A program made the translations under genes and the position numbers. A stretch of 64,000 bases of DNA from the human T2T-CHM13v2.0 reference genome, Homo sapiens, in the NCBI RefSeq assembly GCF_009914755.1, contig NC_060942.1; one strand, 5' to 3'. Within the stretch, counting starts at the first letter, position 1. Each line of letters begins with the position of its first letter. The notes below the pieces were generated by a model. That model was not told the DNA's origin, did not search any database, and saw nothing but the letters and a program-made list of their open reading frames with translations. Positions 1 to 14,120 of this stretch are shown here, piece after piece.

Positions 1-275
1 CCATAAAGAAAAGGTATGTGAGGGGCAGAAAGAATACATGACTTGCCTAAGGTCACAAAGTAGAATGGGAGCCCAGCTCTTTCTAGTAACTCCTATGCCC
101 TGTCTCCCTGGCCCCCACTAAACAAAGGAAGCAAAATGAGCTGAGATTGGAATTAAGGTTCACAGAAGCTGGGTAAGCTGGGTTCACCCAGTCTTCCTTA
201 ATCAGAGACTTTAATGAACCCTCTTTATTAAATAAATGGGCTTCTAGTCATTCAAGAGTTAGTTATATTGCCTGA

Positions 276-571
<296 letters not shown>

Positions 572-710
572 ATATATTGCATGATTCTTAAATTTTCATC
601 AGCCTGTTCTAGAGCTTTTCTTTAAAAACAAACAAAACAAAAAAACTGATGTCCACTAAAACTGCTTGATGAAAACTGAAGGAATGGACGAAGTACCCAA
701 GGTGCCTTAC

Positions 711-818
711 TTGTGGTTTATAATTTCCACATTGCCATACTGTTCGATCCACAGTTTACCCACAATGATATTATGCACACAGCAGGTGGGATTTGTCCAT
801 GTATATGCCTCATTGTGT
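711..818 (-). CDS. OSBPL1A: OSBPL1A coding exon, 108 nt (phase 2 to 2)
   Basis: ...gttttttag|ACACAAT...CCACAA|gtaagg. Translates (E)HNEAYTWTNPTCCVHNIIVGKLWIEQYGNVEIINH(K). Confidence 0.98.
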
Positions 819-1233
819 CTAAAAAACAAAACCAAACCCAGAAGCATAAGTGAGAGGTATCACTTTGTTTAAAAAGTACACTTGTTCCAAATGCCATTAC
901 TCAGAATAACAAACCAGGCTGCTTGAGATAACTACGTTCTAAGCCTTTAAAAATTCTATTGATGTTAACTCACCATAAAATTGGGATCATTTGCCCATTC
1001 TTGTTTCTTAAAAGGGAGTAACAGCTTAAGAAAAAATTCTATACTTCCACCAAACTCCAAATAAACTACGTACATAATCATTTTAAGCATTCAAAAGTGT
1101 CATGAAACATTAAAAAAAGCTAAAGTAGAGACACAAAATAAAAAGTCTATTTAGCACTTTCTAGAGAAAGTACCCTCCAGCTCACCAAAGGAAAAAAACT
1201 CATCTATGTGAATAAACTCTGATTTTATAATCC

Positions 1234-2090
<857 letters not shown>

Positions 2091-2692
2091 TAAAATTCAT
2101 TTTTGTTGGTACTCAGGTTTATGCTTGCACAGATCTGTGTAACCACCACCAACACAATCAGGATCCTAAACAACTCCTCCACCCACAAACACTTTGTTCA
2201 TACTTCTCCTGGTAGTCAAACCTTTCTCCACTCCTAATCCCTGGATCTCCAACTCACTCCTTATCCCCAACAACTGATCTGTTCTCCATTGCAATAGTTT
2301 TTCCTTTTCCAGACGTCATATAAATGTAGATTACCTTTTGAGATTAGCATCTTCAATTTGTATAATGCACCTGAAATTCATCTGTGTTGTTCTACGTATC
2401 AGTCTTTGTGCTGAGTAGGATTCCGCTGTATGGATATGCCACAGTTTGTGTGACCATTCACCCACTGAAGGGCATGTGGGCTGTTTTCAGTTTTTGGTGA
2501 TGATGAATAATGCTACTGTAAACATTTGTATACAGGTTTTGGGATGAACGTTAAGTTTCCATTTCTCTAAGGCAAATACCTAGGTGTGATATTGCTGAGT
2601 CATGTGGTAAACATAAGGTTAACTGGATGAGAAACTGCCAAACTGTTCTCCAGGGTGGCTCTACCATTTTACATTCCAACACCAACAATACA

Positions 2693-2923
2693 CAGGTTGA
2701 GCATTCCAAATTCAAAACTTGGACATCTGAAATGCTCCAAAGTCTGAAACTTTTTGAGCACTGACATGACACTCAAAGGAAATGGTCACTGGAGTATTTC
2801 AGATTTTGGAATTTTGGATTTGAGATGCTAAACCAGTAGGTATATTGCAAATATTACAAAATCTGAAAATATTCAAAATCCAAAACACTTTTGGTATATT
2901 TTAAAAAACGGATACTCAACCTG
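2693..2923. mobile_element. Tigger4/MER46-like non-autonomous DNA transposon
   Basis: Terminal inverted repeats caggttgag...ctcaacctg followed by TA. Internal gaaatgctccaaa...tttttgagcactgacatgac is Tigger4-like. Confidence 0.85.
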
Positions 2924-3106
2924 TATGAGATTTCTAGCTCCTCCACATCCTTGTCAGCACTTGGTATTGTCAATGTTTACAATTATTTTGATTTTAGACA
3001 TTGTAATAGGTATAAATATAAATTGTAATAGGTATAAATAGGATAGCTCATTGTGGTTTTAACTCTGCAGTTCTCTAATAACTGATGCTGTTGAACATCT
3101 TTTTAA

Positions 3107-3412
3107 ATTTTTATTTATTTTTTTTTAGAGATGAGGTCTTATTCTACTACCTAGGATGGAGTGCAGTGGTGGATCATAGCTCACTGCAGCCTCGAACTCC
3201 TCGGCTCAAGTGACCCTCCTGCCTTAGCTTCCCTAGTAGCTATGACTACAGGCATGTGTCCCCATGCCTGGCTAAATTTATTTTACTTTATTTTTTTAGA
3301 GACGGATTTTCACTATGTTGCCTAGGCTGGTCTTGAACTCTTGGCCTCAAGCAATCCTCCTGCCTCAGCCTCCTAAGTAACTGGAATTATAGGTGTGAGC
3401 CACTGCAATCAG
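3107..3412 (-). mobile_element. AluJ
   Basis: AluJ-type gatcatagctcactgcagcctcgaactcc. Confidence 0.9.
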
Positions 3413-3442
3413 CTGACTTCATGTGCTTATTTGCCATGTGTA

Positions 3443-3446
3443 TGTA

Positions 3447-3483
<37 letters not shown>
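3443..3483. repeat. (TA)n microsatellite
   Basis: About 20 TA units with minor interruptions. Confidence 0.95.
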
Positions 3484-3509
3484 GAAGTATCTATTCATTT
3501 TTTATTGTT

Positions 3510-3815
3510 CTTTTTTGTTGTTGTTGTTCCAGAGACAGGGTTTCACTCTGTTGCCCAGGCTGGAATACAATGGCGCAATCATGGCTCACTGCAGCCTCGA
3601 ACTCCTGGGCTTGAGAGATCCTCCCACCTGAGCCTCCCAAGCAACTGGGACTATAGGTGCATGTCACCAAACCTGGCTATTTTTAAAATCTTTTACTAGA
3701 GACAAGGATCCCACTATGTTGCCCAGGCTGGTCTCTAACTCCTGGGCTCAAGTGATCCTCCCACTTCAGCCTCCCAAAGTGCTGGGATTACAGGCATGAG
3801 TCACTGCGCCTGACC
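3510..3815 (-). mobile_element. AluJ
   Basis: AluJ-type dimer with (TTG)n tail. Confidence 0.9.
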
Positions 3816-6340
3816 TTATCATTTCTTACTGTTGAGTTTTAAGAATTCTTTATATATTGTGGCTACAAGTCCTTTGTTGGCTATATGATTTGCAAATAAT
3901 TTTTACTATTCTATAGTTTATCTTTTCATTCTCTGAACAGTATCTTTCGATATAAGGTTTTTAATTTAATAACATCTAATTTATCACTTTTTGTCTTTTA
4001 TGGGTTATAATTTTGGTATCATATCCATAAGAGTTCTTTGCCTAATCCAAAGTTGTAAGAGTTTCTCCTATGTTTTCTTCCAAAACCCTTAGTTTTACAT
4101 TTTACGTAAATGATCTATTTTGAGCTGATTTTTGTAAAAGGCGTGAGGTCTAGTTTGAGGTTCATTTTTTAACATATAGATGTCCAACTGTCTCCATAGC
4201 ACAGATGGTTGTCTGTGGAAAGGACTATTCTTCTTAGCTGTATTGCCTTTGCAGCTTTGTCAAAAATCAACTGACCACATTTCTGCGGGTCAATTTCTGG
4301 ATTCCCTTCCCCGTCGCATTAATCTATACTTTGTCTATAGTTTGGCCACCACCACACTGTCTTGATTACAACAGCTTTAGCATTAAGCCTTAAAATTGGG
4401 TAGTGGGAGTCCATCAATTCTGTTCTTCCTTTTCAAAATTATTTTGGCTGTTCTGTCATTTGCCTTTCCATACAAACTTAGAATTCGTAAGTTAGAATCA
4501 ACTTCTCTGTATCTATTAAAAATCATCTTGGGATTTTGATTTGGACTGTGCTCATACAGACTGCTTATAGATCAGTGAGGGGTGAACTGACATCTTAACT
4601 ATAATTGAGGCTTCCAAATATATCGAGACAGTGTGTCTCTGCATTACTGAGGTAATTCTTGATTACTTTCAACAGTATCTTGTAGTTTTCAACATACACA
4701 TCCTTTACATATTTTGACATTTGCATTCTGCCATTGAGCCTATCCCAGTTATTATATTCTATTACTATATTTTTAGTACTAAAATTTCCAAAAATACTTC
4801 TATTTTTTTTTTGGGGCTAAAATGTCTTTTTCTATTTTAGTTTGTTGAGATTTTCCTGTTGCTTGGTATGCTGAATGATTTTGGATTGTATTCTGCACAC
4901 CTGAATATTGTAAGACTCTGTCCTCTTAACCTCTTCTGGAGAATACTGATAAAAATTTTTTTTAGTAGGCAATTAACAGAGTTTCAGGCCAGAAGTCCTG
5001 ACTCTCCTCCTGTGAGCTTTCATTCCAGTGTCAGTTTAATTTTCAAAGCCTCTGTAGTGCTGCTCAGATCCACCCCTCAATAGCCATCCAGGGACCTGGC
5101 TCTCAGGCCACACAGCATTTCAGATCCTGAGGCCCTTGTGTACCCTTCTGGGTCATTTCAATGCATGTGTGTAGGGATGAGCGTAGGAACTCATAATGCA
5201 GCTTCAGGGGACCCCTTTCTTGAGCTCCCTCCTCTTTGTGGTTTCCCCAACACTCTTAGACACCAGGGGGCGCTTTCTCTCCCCTCCGGCTGGCAAGCTG
5301 GGGTTTGAGCCTCTCTGCTCTGTCTTGTATCTCCCACAACTAGGTCTTCTTCTGGGGCAAAGGGGTAAAAGAAAAGAAAGAAAAACAAGTAACAGGAATT
5401 CTCTCACACTCTTTGAACCCCAGGGGTTCCTTTACTCAGTTTCTCTGGCCAAAGAGAAGGACTCTGAGGTACGTGTGTGATTGCCACAGCCACCATCGCA
5501 GCAGGAGTGTAGCTACAGACCCTAGTGCTTGCTTTGGGGCAAGGCTGTGAGACAAAATTAAAACAGGATTTCCCCTATTCTCTACTTCCTGCAAGGGTAT
5601 CTTTCTAGGTCCTTTAATTAGAAAGAAAGAATTACTCTCAGAACTTTTTCGGTCGGCCTCTAATCCCCAGTTCTGCAATTTGCTGCTCTGATTCTGAGCC
5701 AGATTTGGGAGAAATATATAAAACCAGTAAACTCACTGCCATATTGGTGTTCAGGTTTTGATTTCTCTCCCCAGTCTGCCTGCTACTATCTACTTTTCAG
5801 AGTCTTTGGGTTGTTGCTTTGTCTTCTGTCCGGGGTATCTAGTTGTAATCAGTGTTAAAGAGATAGGGTATCGTATGCTTATTCTCTCCTAACTGGAATT
5901 AATTGTGGATTTAAAGCTAATCTTACAAAAGAAGAGAACTCCCAATTTATCTAACGCCTAACATGTGCCACACAATTGTCATTTCATTATTTCTCAGAGT
6001 GAATTCATTTTGAAAGATCTGTAAACAAAACATTGGCACAAGGATATAAAAAAGCATGTTTCATAAGAACTGTCATGAAGCAATTAACTCCATCGATCTT
6101 AAAATAGATCCAAACACCAGAGTCAAAAATCAAGTTAAACTATTTACACATACCCAGATTAATTAGCAATGGCTACTGCCATGTTTCTCAAATTCTTTTA
6201 CATAGACGTAGACAGTTTGCACTGTATGAAAGCTGTTTCTTTTTCTCCAGCTTTTGAACAGTAAGGTCAGCTGAGTGTGCATGTCTACACTTACAGGCAG
6301 GTCTACATGAAAAGAGTGTAATGGCTTGATCAGAACTCAC

Positions 6341-6523
6341 TCAAGGAGCTCCAAGGTGATGGTTCCTTTGGGTTCTGCTTCTACACTCTTCCCCCAGAAT
6401 TTCAGTTTGGGATAGATAGAGCCATGAAAGATGAAGTCATTGTTTAATCCTTCAGCATGAAATGCACTGATTGGTGGGTGATGGCTGACCTGTTCGGAGA
6501 TGAGTCTAAATCCAAGGTCATCT
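6341..6523 (-). CDS. OSBPL1A: OSBPL1A coding exon, 183 nt (phase 2 to 2), OSBP fingerprint EQVSHHPP
   Basis: ...tcttaag|AGATGAC...CCTTGA|gtgagt. Translates (R)DDLGFRLISEQVSHHPPISAFHAEGLNNDFIFHGSIYPKLKFWGKSVEAEPKGTITLELL(E). Confidence 0.98.
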
Positions 6524-6623
6524 CTTAAGATTTAAAAAAAAAAAAAAAGAAAAAAAAAAGCAACATTATAATTAACTCTATCATTAAACATGTACATAAT
6601 TGCCCTTTCAAAGTAAACAATTC

Positions 6624-6917
6624 TTTTGTTGTTGTTGTTGAGACAAAATCTTGCTCTGTCGCTCAGGCTGGAGCAGTGGCGTGATCTTGGCTCACTGCAA
6701 CCCCTGCCTCCCAGGTTCAAGCACTTCTCCTCCCTCAGCCTCTCGACTAATTGGGATTACAGGCATGCACCACCACACCTGGCTAATTTTTGTATTTTTA
6801 GTAGAGACGGGGTTTCATCATGTTGGCCAGGTTGGTTTCGAACTCCTGACCTCGTGATCAACCCACCTCAGCCTCCCAAAGTGCTGGGATTACAGGCATG
6901 AGCCACCATGCCCGGCC
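6624..6917 (-). mobile_element. AluS
   Basis: Dimer. TSD aacaattcttt on both sides. Confidence 0.95.
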
Positions 6918-7364
6918 AACAATTCTTTATTCTCATTGCAATGAAACAACTTCATATATGAGAAATTATACAAATGCAACCCAAACCACCAAATCCAATG
7001 TTGTAATGCTAGCTACTTGAACAAATTAAAACAAAGAACACCCAGATGAATTTGAATGATTTGCATGAAAAAATATTAGTCATGTAAATTTAAAACACAT
7101 CATTCCTTTTACATTAGAGAAATCTAGTGTGTCCACTTTCAAACATCTAGGGAATAAATGAGATCAAAACTTGTGCAGAGAAGAGGAGGAACGCATAGAA
7201 AAACTAAAGCCAAATAAAGTCCCTTAATCATATATAAACAAGACACAGGCTAGCTCAAGCAAACAGAACTGCACTTACAGATGCAGTCATTGGCTTCATG
7301 CAAACAATATATACTTATGCTAATATATTTTATTTATATTTTTTAATAAAGAGATATTTTTATA

Positions 7365-7622
7365 AGAGGGCCTCACTGTTGCCCAGGCTGGAGCGCAGTG
7401 GCTAATGATGGGTGCAACCCCACCACTGACCAGCACAGGAGTTTTGACCTGCGTCCATTTCTGACCTCCCTCTCCTGGGAGGTCACCATATTCATGCCAA
7501 ACTTAGTGCAGACACCTGGCCAGCATAGTGCACTACAGCCCAGAGCTCCTGGCCTCAAGAGATCCTGCTGCCTCAGCCTCTCAAGTAGCTGGGACTATAG
7601 GCCTGTGCCACCACAACCCAGC
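7365..7622 (-). pseudogene. 7SL (SRP RNA) retropseudogene with internal S-domain deletion
   Basis: Minus strand carries 7SL S-domain sequence absent from Alu (CTGGGCTGTAGTGCACTATGC...GCACTAAGTTTGGCATGAATATGGTGACCTCCC and GCAGGTCAAAACTCCTGTGCTG) between Alu-domain ends. Confidence 0.92.
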
Positions 7623-7645
7623 TAATAAACTTTAAATGATTATTT

Positions 7646-7785
7646 TTAGGAGATATACCTGAGGTTAAATGACGAGTTAATGGGTGCAGCACACCAACAT
7701 GGCACATGTATAGATATGTAACTAACCTGCACATTGTGCACATGTACCCTAAAACTTAAAGTAAAAAAAAAAAACAAAACAAAAC
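7646..7785 (+). mobile_element. Short, relatively young L1PA (about PA2-4) 3' end
   Basis: gacgagttaatgggtgcagcacaccaacatggcacatg...gtaccctaaaacttaaagt plus A tail. Confidence 0.92.
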
Positions 7786-8064
7786 TCGATCATGTCTTAT
7801 GATCTACATAAGGAAAAAAGGAGGGTGATTAATCCCATGTGATCAGGAATACAAAAATCTTTGCAATTATTTCTTATAATGGTACCTTTTATATATGTTT
7901 CAGTATTTTTGACAGTCTCTAAAATAATAGCTATCCTAGAAACAAACATCAAAATCGTTAACTTGCTCCAGTCCTATATAATTGTTATTCGTGATGACCA
8001 ATATGTATGTATTTCTCCTCTTCATCTGCAACGCTGTATAAAGCATGCAAGTGAAAGGCCTCAC

Positions 8065-8162
8065 CGCACTAATTCATAAGTCTCTCCCAGCAGTGGGTTG
8101 AAAGGTTTTCCAGTCCGTTCCCACTGAGAAGCAACAGCAGATACAGCAAACGCAGCTACACA
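8065..8162 (-). CDS. OSBPL1A: OSBPL1A coding exon, 98 nt (phase 0 to 2)
   Basis: ...cccacag|TGTGTA...GTGCG|gtgagg. Translates CVAAFAVSAVASQWERTGKPFNPLLGETYELV(R), containing the KPFNPLLGET ORD motif. Confidence 0.98.
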
Positions 8163-8784
8163 CTGTGGGACAGAGCATGAGAACAAGTCAAAAATAGCCG
8201 AGCTCGCTCCGCATTCTTTTAGGAACTGAAATTTTGCTGAAGACAGTAATTTACAGAATTATTTTGAGGAGTTTCATTACTTTGGAGTTTTAATATGGCT
8301 CTAGCAGTGGGACATGGAAACTTGGATATTCAGAATGAAAATTACTTTCAGTTGCTTCCTACAGTGTTATTCCCAACCATGGTTTTCATCACACTCTAAC
8401 AGTGCTACAAATTCTCTCAAGGACTTTTAAAAAACCCTCAAGTCCAAAGTTACTTTTAATTCATTTAAAAATTTTTAAAAGTATGACACTCCAGGATTGG
8501 GGAAAGAGATATAAAACTCCACAACTTAATTGGTGTTAAGTCCACTGAGGTTGGAAAATGCTGACTTATATAGATGAAAGGACAGAAAGACTCAGTTTAG
8601 AATGCTATTGCTTTGTTGAAGGAGAACAATGTGTCCACTATACTCTACCTCTAACTAGTCCATCCATGTACAACATATACAATCTTCCATCTAAAACATT
8701 AAAAAGTGCAATTCCTTGCCGTCTTTTAACATATAGCAATGTATATATATTTATATACACAAGTAAGCACAAACATATTTTTCT

Positions 8785-8788
<4 letters not shown>

Positions 8789-8823
<35 letters not shown>

Positions 8824-8824
8824 G
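8789..8824. repeat. (TG)n microsatellite
   Basis: About 13 perfect TG units followed by tatg repeats. Confidence 0.95.
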
Positions 8825-8927
8825 TTAACTTCTTCTTGGAAACACCCCGAGAAAGTCTGAAAGAAGAAAGGTTGAATTCTTCCCCTAACACAACGCTACT
8901 TTCTCAACTAAAGATTTAGCAAAAGCC

Positions 8928-9231
<304 letters not shown>

Positions 9232-9479
9232 TTAGCAAAACCCACTAATATCTAGGTTTGCTTAATGGGCCACCTCCTGCTTCTCCTGCAATACTCATCG
9301 GTCTCTGCACAATGGTGTCACCCTAACCAGAGGACAGTCCAGACATGCGGACTGAGCTTTGATAAAATTGCCCAACCTCACATTGAATTTAACACTAATT
9401 GTGTGAACGTGTGTGTGTTCGGGGCTGGGTTGGTAGCAAGGTCTCTAAGAGTTAGACCTTTTCCTCCCTTGGCTCATAC

Positions 9480-9614
9480 CTGCATCCTTTCCACAGGATC
9501 AGAGAGTGAACTGGCCTTGTGGATGAGGTAAGTATGCTCCATGTATTCAGTTAGGCGCTGTAGGAAGCTCAGAGGCTCATTAAATATAACTGGCATCGTG
9601 ATCTTGGATAGTTC
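9480..9614 (-). CDS. OSBPL1A: OSBPL1A coding exon, 135 nt (phase 0 to 0)
   Basis: ...aaatag|GAACTA...ATGCAG|gtatga. Translates ELSKITMPVIFNEPLSFLQRLTEYMEHTYLIHKASSLSDPVERMQ, a typical OSBP-family motif. Confidence 0.98.
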
Positions 9615-9970
9615 CTATTTAACCAGAAAATTGAAAGTGTTATGTCCCATATACATAACAAACAAACCTATTGTTATCTTTACATAACATCCTCCTGGAA
9701 AGGACAGAACAGAAACTAGCAACCCATGAAATTTCATCAATATTGGTTCAATTTCACAAATTCTTTCCAGAGCACCTAATACCATGGAGTATATCCTTCT
9801 AGGCCTTGAAGGAGGAAATACAAAGACTGCCCAAACATTCTCCTTGGCTCCAGGGAGCTCACTATCTGCTGGTGAGCATGAGCAGATGACTCTTCATCAG
9901 TCTGCCTTACATCAGAATTAGGAAATGGGAGACAAAGGCAATGGAGACAGAACAAAATTCTTCATAGTGG

Positions 9971-10336
9971 TGTTAAAATAATTAACTGCAGGGCCATTAA
10001 TTACTGGAGATGGCTCCAGTGCCTTGAGTTCCTTCATAAGCAAACCGCTGAAACCCTCTCCCCTGTTAACTTAAGCCTCACCAATCAGAAACTGCCAAAC
10101 TAACCTCTATCTAGGAATGTTACACTTTCCCCAAATGAATGCACTTTCTTTGTCTGGCTCCCTCAAAGAACACCTTATAAAAGTAAAAGCTCCCCTTCCT
10201 GCCTTCTCAGTGGAGTGTGCTGCCTTCTCAGTGGAGTGTGGAACAGCTTCAGGTCTGGGGCTGTTCAAGTCATGAATTGCTGTCTGTTCAAATATATGTG
10301 TTAAAACTTCAATATGTCTACATTTGTCTTGTAACA
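9971..10336 (+). mobile_element. Solo LTR, ERV1-class (MER31/MER67-like; family uncertain)
   Basis: Ends tgtta...taaca (TG...CA). Contains ggccatta/ggctccagtgccttg/aagcaaaccg, plus accaatcag and ttataaaag motifs. Confidence 0.7.
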
Positions 10337-11151
10337 ACGGGCTAAGGATTAACCACACATACCATTTTTGTGAGTAATTTTCCAAAAGAAATTTCACAGC
10401 TTTTGAAATGACAATGAAATGAAATGATATGACAACACCGAGCTTATCTGAGCACACCAATCTAGTATAAATTATGGTCTAGGGTACTAGCAGGCTACTG
10501 CATATTTTACAGAATAGATTTTAAATTCTGTCTGCCAGAATGCCTCCATCACAAGCGACTCTCAAAAATAATTTAACAATTAGGAAGTTTCTGACCTCAA
10601 CTGCAACTGTTCAATTCTGTTTACCATGTGCCACCAGCAAGCAATATTCTGGTGAGACCTTTACAAAATTCATTAAGTAACACACTTATCTTGGTATTTA
10701 CCGGAATATTCTGACAATCTTCCCAAACTTCTATCGACCATTCCCTTGGGAATCAGGTCTTTCATGAGGCCTGCTGGCTGGTTGCGTGGGCGGGTGAACA
10801 GTCCTGAGGTGCGTAGTCAGGCTGAATGCCACCTGACTTACCTCTGACTTTTCCCCCTAAATATCCATATTCCCACTGAGATTTTCAATTAAAAATAATG
10901 CAACCTGCAAAGAACTGAAACTGGAGCGCAATCAAAGAAAATAAGCTCATTCATTACCATAAAATACTGCAGAAAACAGACATGTAACAGCTCAGCCTGA
11001 TGAAAAGAAATGGTAAATTTATTGCTGCATCACTGGGGAGATGCGGGAAAACAGGAATGTATATAGAGAAATAAAAGGCTCAACTACATACACTCTAAGA
11101 GCTCATTAAACCCAGAGATTCACTACTGGGGACAAGTCAGAAAAACTGTGA

Positions 11152-11505
<354 letters not shown>

Positions 11506-11746
11506 TTCTATTTTTCAATAAAACTATCGTTATTGTTTTTTTCTATTAAAAAAACTAACTGGGAAATACATAACTGTCTTAGTATAAAATATAATAATAT
11601 TGAAATAAAAACATGAAAATGTCTCTTTACTTCCCTTTCCCACTCCTCTTCCCAGAGACAAAACAACAGCAACACTTTGGGATACATACCTATGTATTTA
11701 CACACATATGCATACATACTCCTGATTTATATTCACACACAGAGAG

Positions 11747-12087
<341 letters not shown>

Positions 12088-13102
12088 TGATGTCAGCTCT
12101 GTGTATTGACTCATTACACCTTCACTGTGTTTTGGGGATCTTTTAGCGGGGTGTTATACACATGTAAAGTACATACATCGAGTCTTTCCAGTTCTTTCTA
12201 ATCACAGGATAGTAGAATGCTAAAGACCACTGAACCAGATTGAGTTCCACTGCTGGGTTCACCTTTACTAGCCGTGTAGCTTTGACCAAGTTAAACCCTG
12301 TGCCAGTTCCCTCATCAATAAGTACTAAGTACTAATATAATAGTATCTATCATAAAGCATAATTCTGGGCACATTGGTAATGCTATATGTGTGCTTGTTA
12401 AATTTAAAACAAAGTCCATATATGGACATACCATGAACTATTTAATCATATATCTTTAAGAATATAGGCAAATAGGGATTTCAAGTAGATTTCTCTAAAG
12501 TGGAGTTTCTGGGTCAAGAGCATGCTCATTTAATTAATTAATTTATTTTTTTAGATACTACCAAGCTGAATGCTTTCCAAAAACACCTTAACCAATTTAT
12601 ACTGCCACCAATGCTGCATGACAGTCAACATCTCTGATGCTAAAAGAGGTGTATTATTCCCAATTTGTTCCTTCTGTCATGTTTATGCTTTCATTAAACA
12701 CGTATTTAACTGAACACCTACTATGTGCCAGGTACTGCAGTAAAAGCCCCATTACAACCACTTAACCTGGAATGCCCTGCTCTCTCTTCCCTTTATTCCT
12801 CTATGTCCTACCCAGATTTTAAGGCCCAGTTCAAGTCTTTCCTCCTCAAGTTTTGTAGCACTCACTGATTTCCTACTCTTTCCAACTGCTAGAGTACCAA
12901 AATGTACTGCTCACAACCGAGAATTTGATCAGAGATTAGATTCTATTACCTACTGTTATAGTATGGGTGGTAACCAGCTTATCTTGCTACATGTATAGTA
13001 ATACAATTCCTTGGGAAACGGACACTATCTTATACCCCATCTACATGCCCCCATCACCTCACAGAGAGAGGGGAACACTGCAGGTGTGCCCTGCCCCAGA
13101 TG

Positions 13103-13167
13103 CACCCTGCATTCTCACTGCCCCCACCCTGCATTCTCATTGCCCCCACCCTGCATTCTCACTGCCC
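13103..13167. repeat. 22-bp minisatellite, about 3 copies
   Basis: Unit caccctgcattctca(c/t)tgcccc. Confidence 0.95.
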
Positions 13168-13309
13168 TGTGAGCTTTCCCTTTTCAGGCATTTGTCACAC
13201 ACTGCACTTCCCGCCTCCTTCAATGGAGAGCTCTTTGAAGACAAAGGTCTTGCTTAATAATGCATGCGGTTAACACAGCTAAATGCTGAGTAAAAAAAAT
13301 TGGTTACTT

Positions 13310-14110
13310 TTGGAATATTATTCAGTGCTAAAAAGAAATGAGCTATCAAGTCATGGAAAGACATGGAGGAAACTTAGATGCCTATTACTAAGGGAAAAAA
13401 AGTCGATATGATTCCAACTGTATGACATTCTGGATAAGACGAAACTATGGAGACAGTAAAAAGGTCAGTGGTTGCCCAGGGTAAGGGGGAGGAATGAAAA
13501 GACAGAGCAAAGGGGATTTTTAAGGCGTGAAAACACTCGGTGTGGTACTACAATGTTGGATACATGTCATTACATGAACACGGAACACCAAGAGTGAGCC
13601 CTAGTATAAACTATGAACTTGGGGTGATGATGTATCGCAGGTTCACCAATTCTTTTTTCTTTTTTTTTTTTTTTTTGAGACTGAGTCTCGCCCTGTGGCC
13701 CAGGCTGGAGTGCAATGGCGGCTCACTGCAACCTCCGCCTCCTGGGTTCGAGCAATTCTCCTGCCTCAGCCTCCCAAGGAGCTGGGACTACAGGCACGTG
13801 CTACCACGCCCAGCTAATTTTTTGTATCTTTAGTAGAGACGAGGTTTCACCACGTTGGCAAGGCTGGTCTTGAACTCCTGACCTCGTGATCCGCCCACCT
13901 CGGCCTCCCAAAGTGCTGAGATTACAGGCATGAGCCACTGCACCCATCCAGGTTCACCGATTGTAACAAATGGGCCGCCCTGGTGAGGGATGCTGACAAT
14001 AGGGAGGCTATGCACGTGTGGGGCCAGGGAGTGTGTGGGAACTCTCTGCACCTTCCTCTCAATTTTGCTGTAAACTGAAAATTACTTTATAAAATAAAAG
14101 TCTTTTGAAA
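13310..14110 (+). mobile_element. L1MB/MC 3' end interrupted by an Alu
   Basis: ggaatattattcagtgctaaaaagaaatgagctatcaag...gattccaactgtatgacattctgg...gggaactctctgcacc. Confidence 0.85.
13651..13948 (-). mobile_element. AluS inside the L1
   Basis: Dimer. TSD caggttcacc. Confidence 0.95.
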
Positions 14111-14120
14111 AATAAAATTA

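Noticed and set aside
3001-3040. 22-bp-period tandem duplication (ttgtaataggtataaata)
   Set aside because: Trivial slippage duplication inside an old L1.
9525-9533. Perfect plus-strand donor GAG|GTAAGT inside a coding exon
   Set aside because: Explained by the ACT TAC CTC codons on the coding strand. No antisense exon structure is evident.
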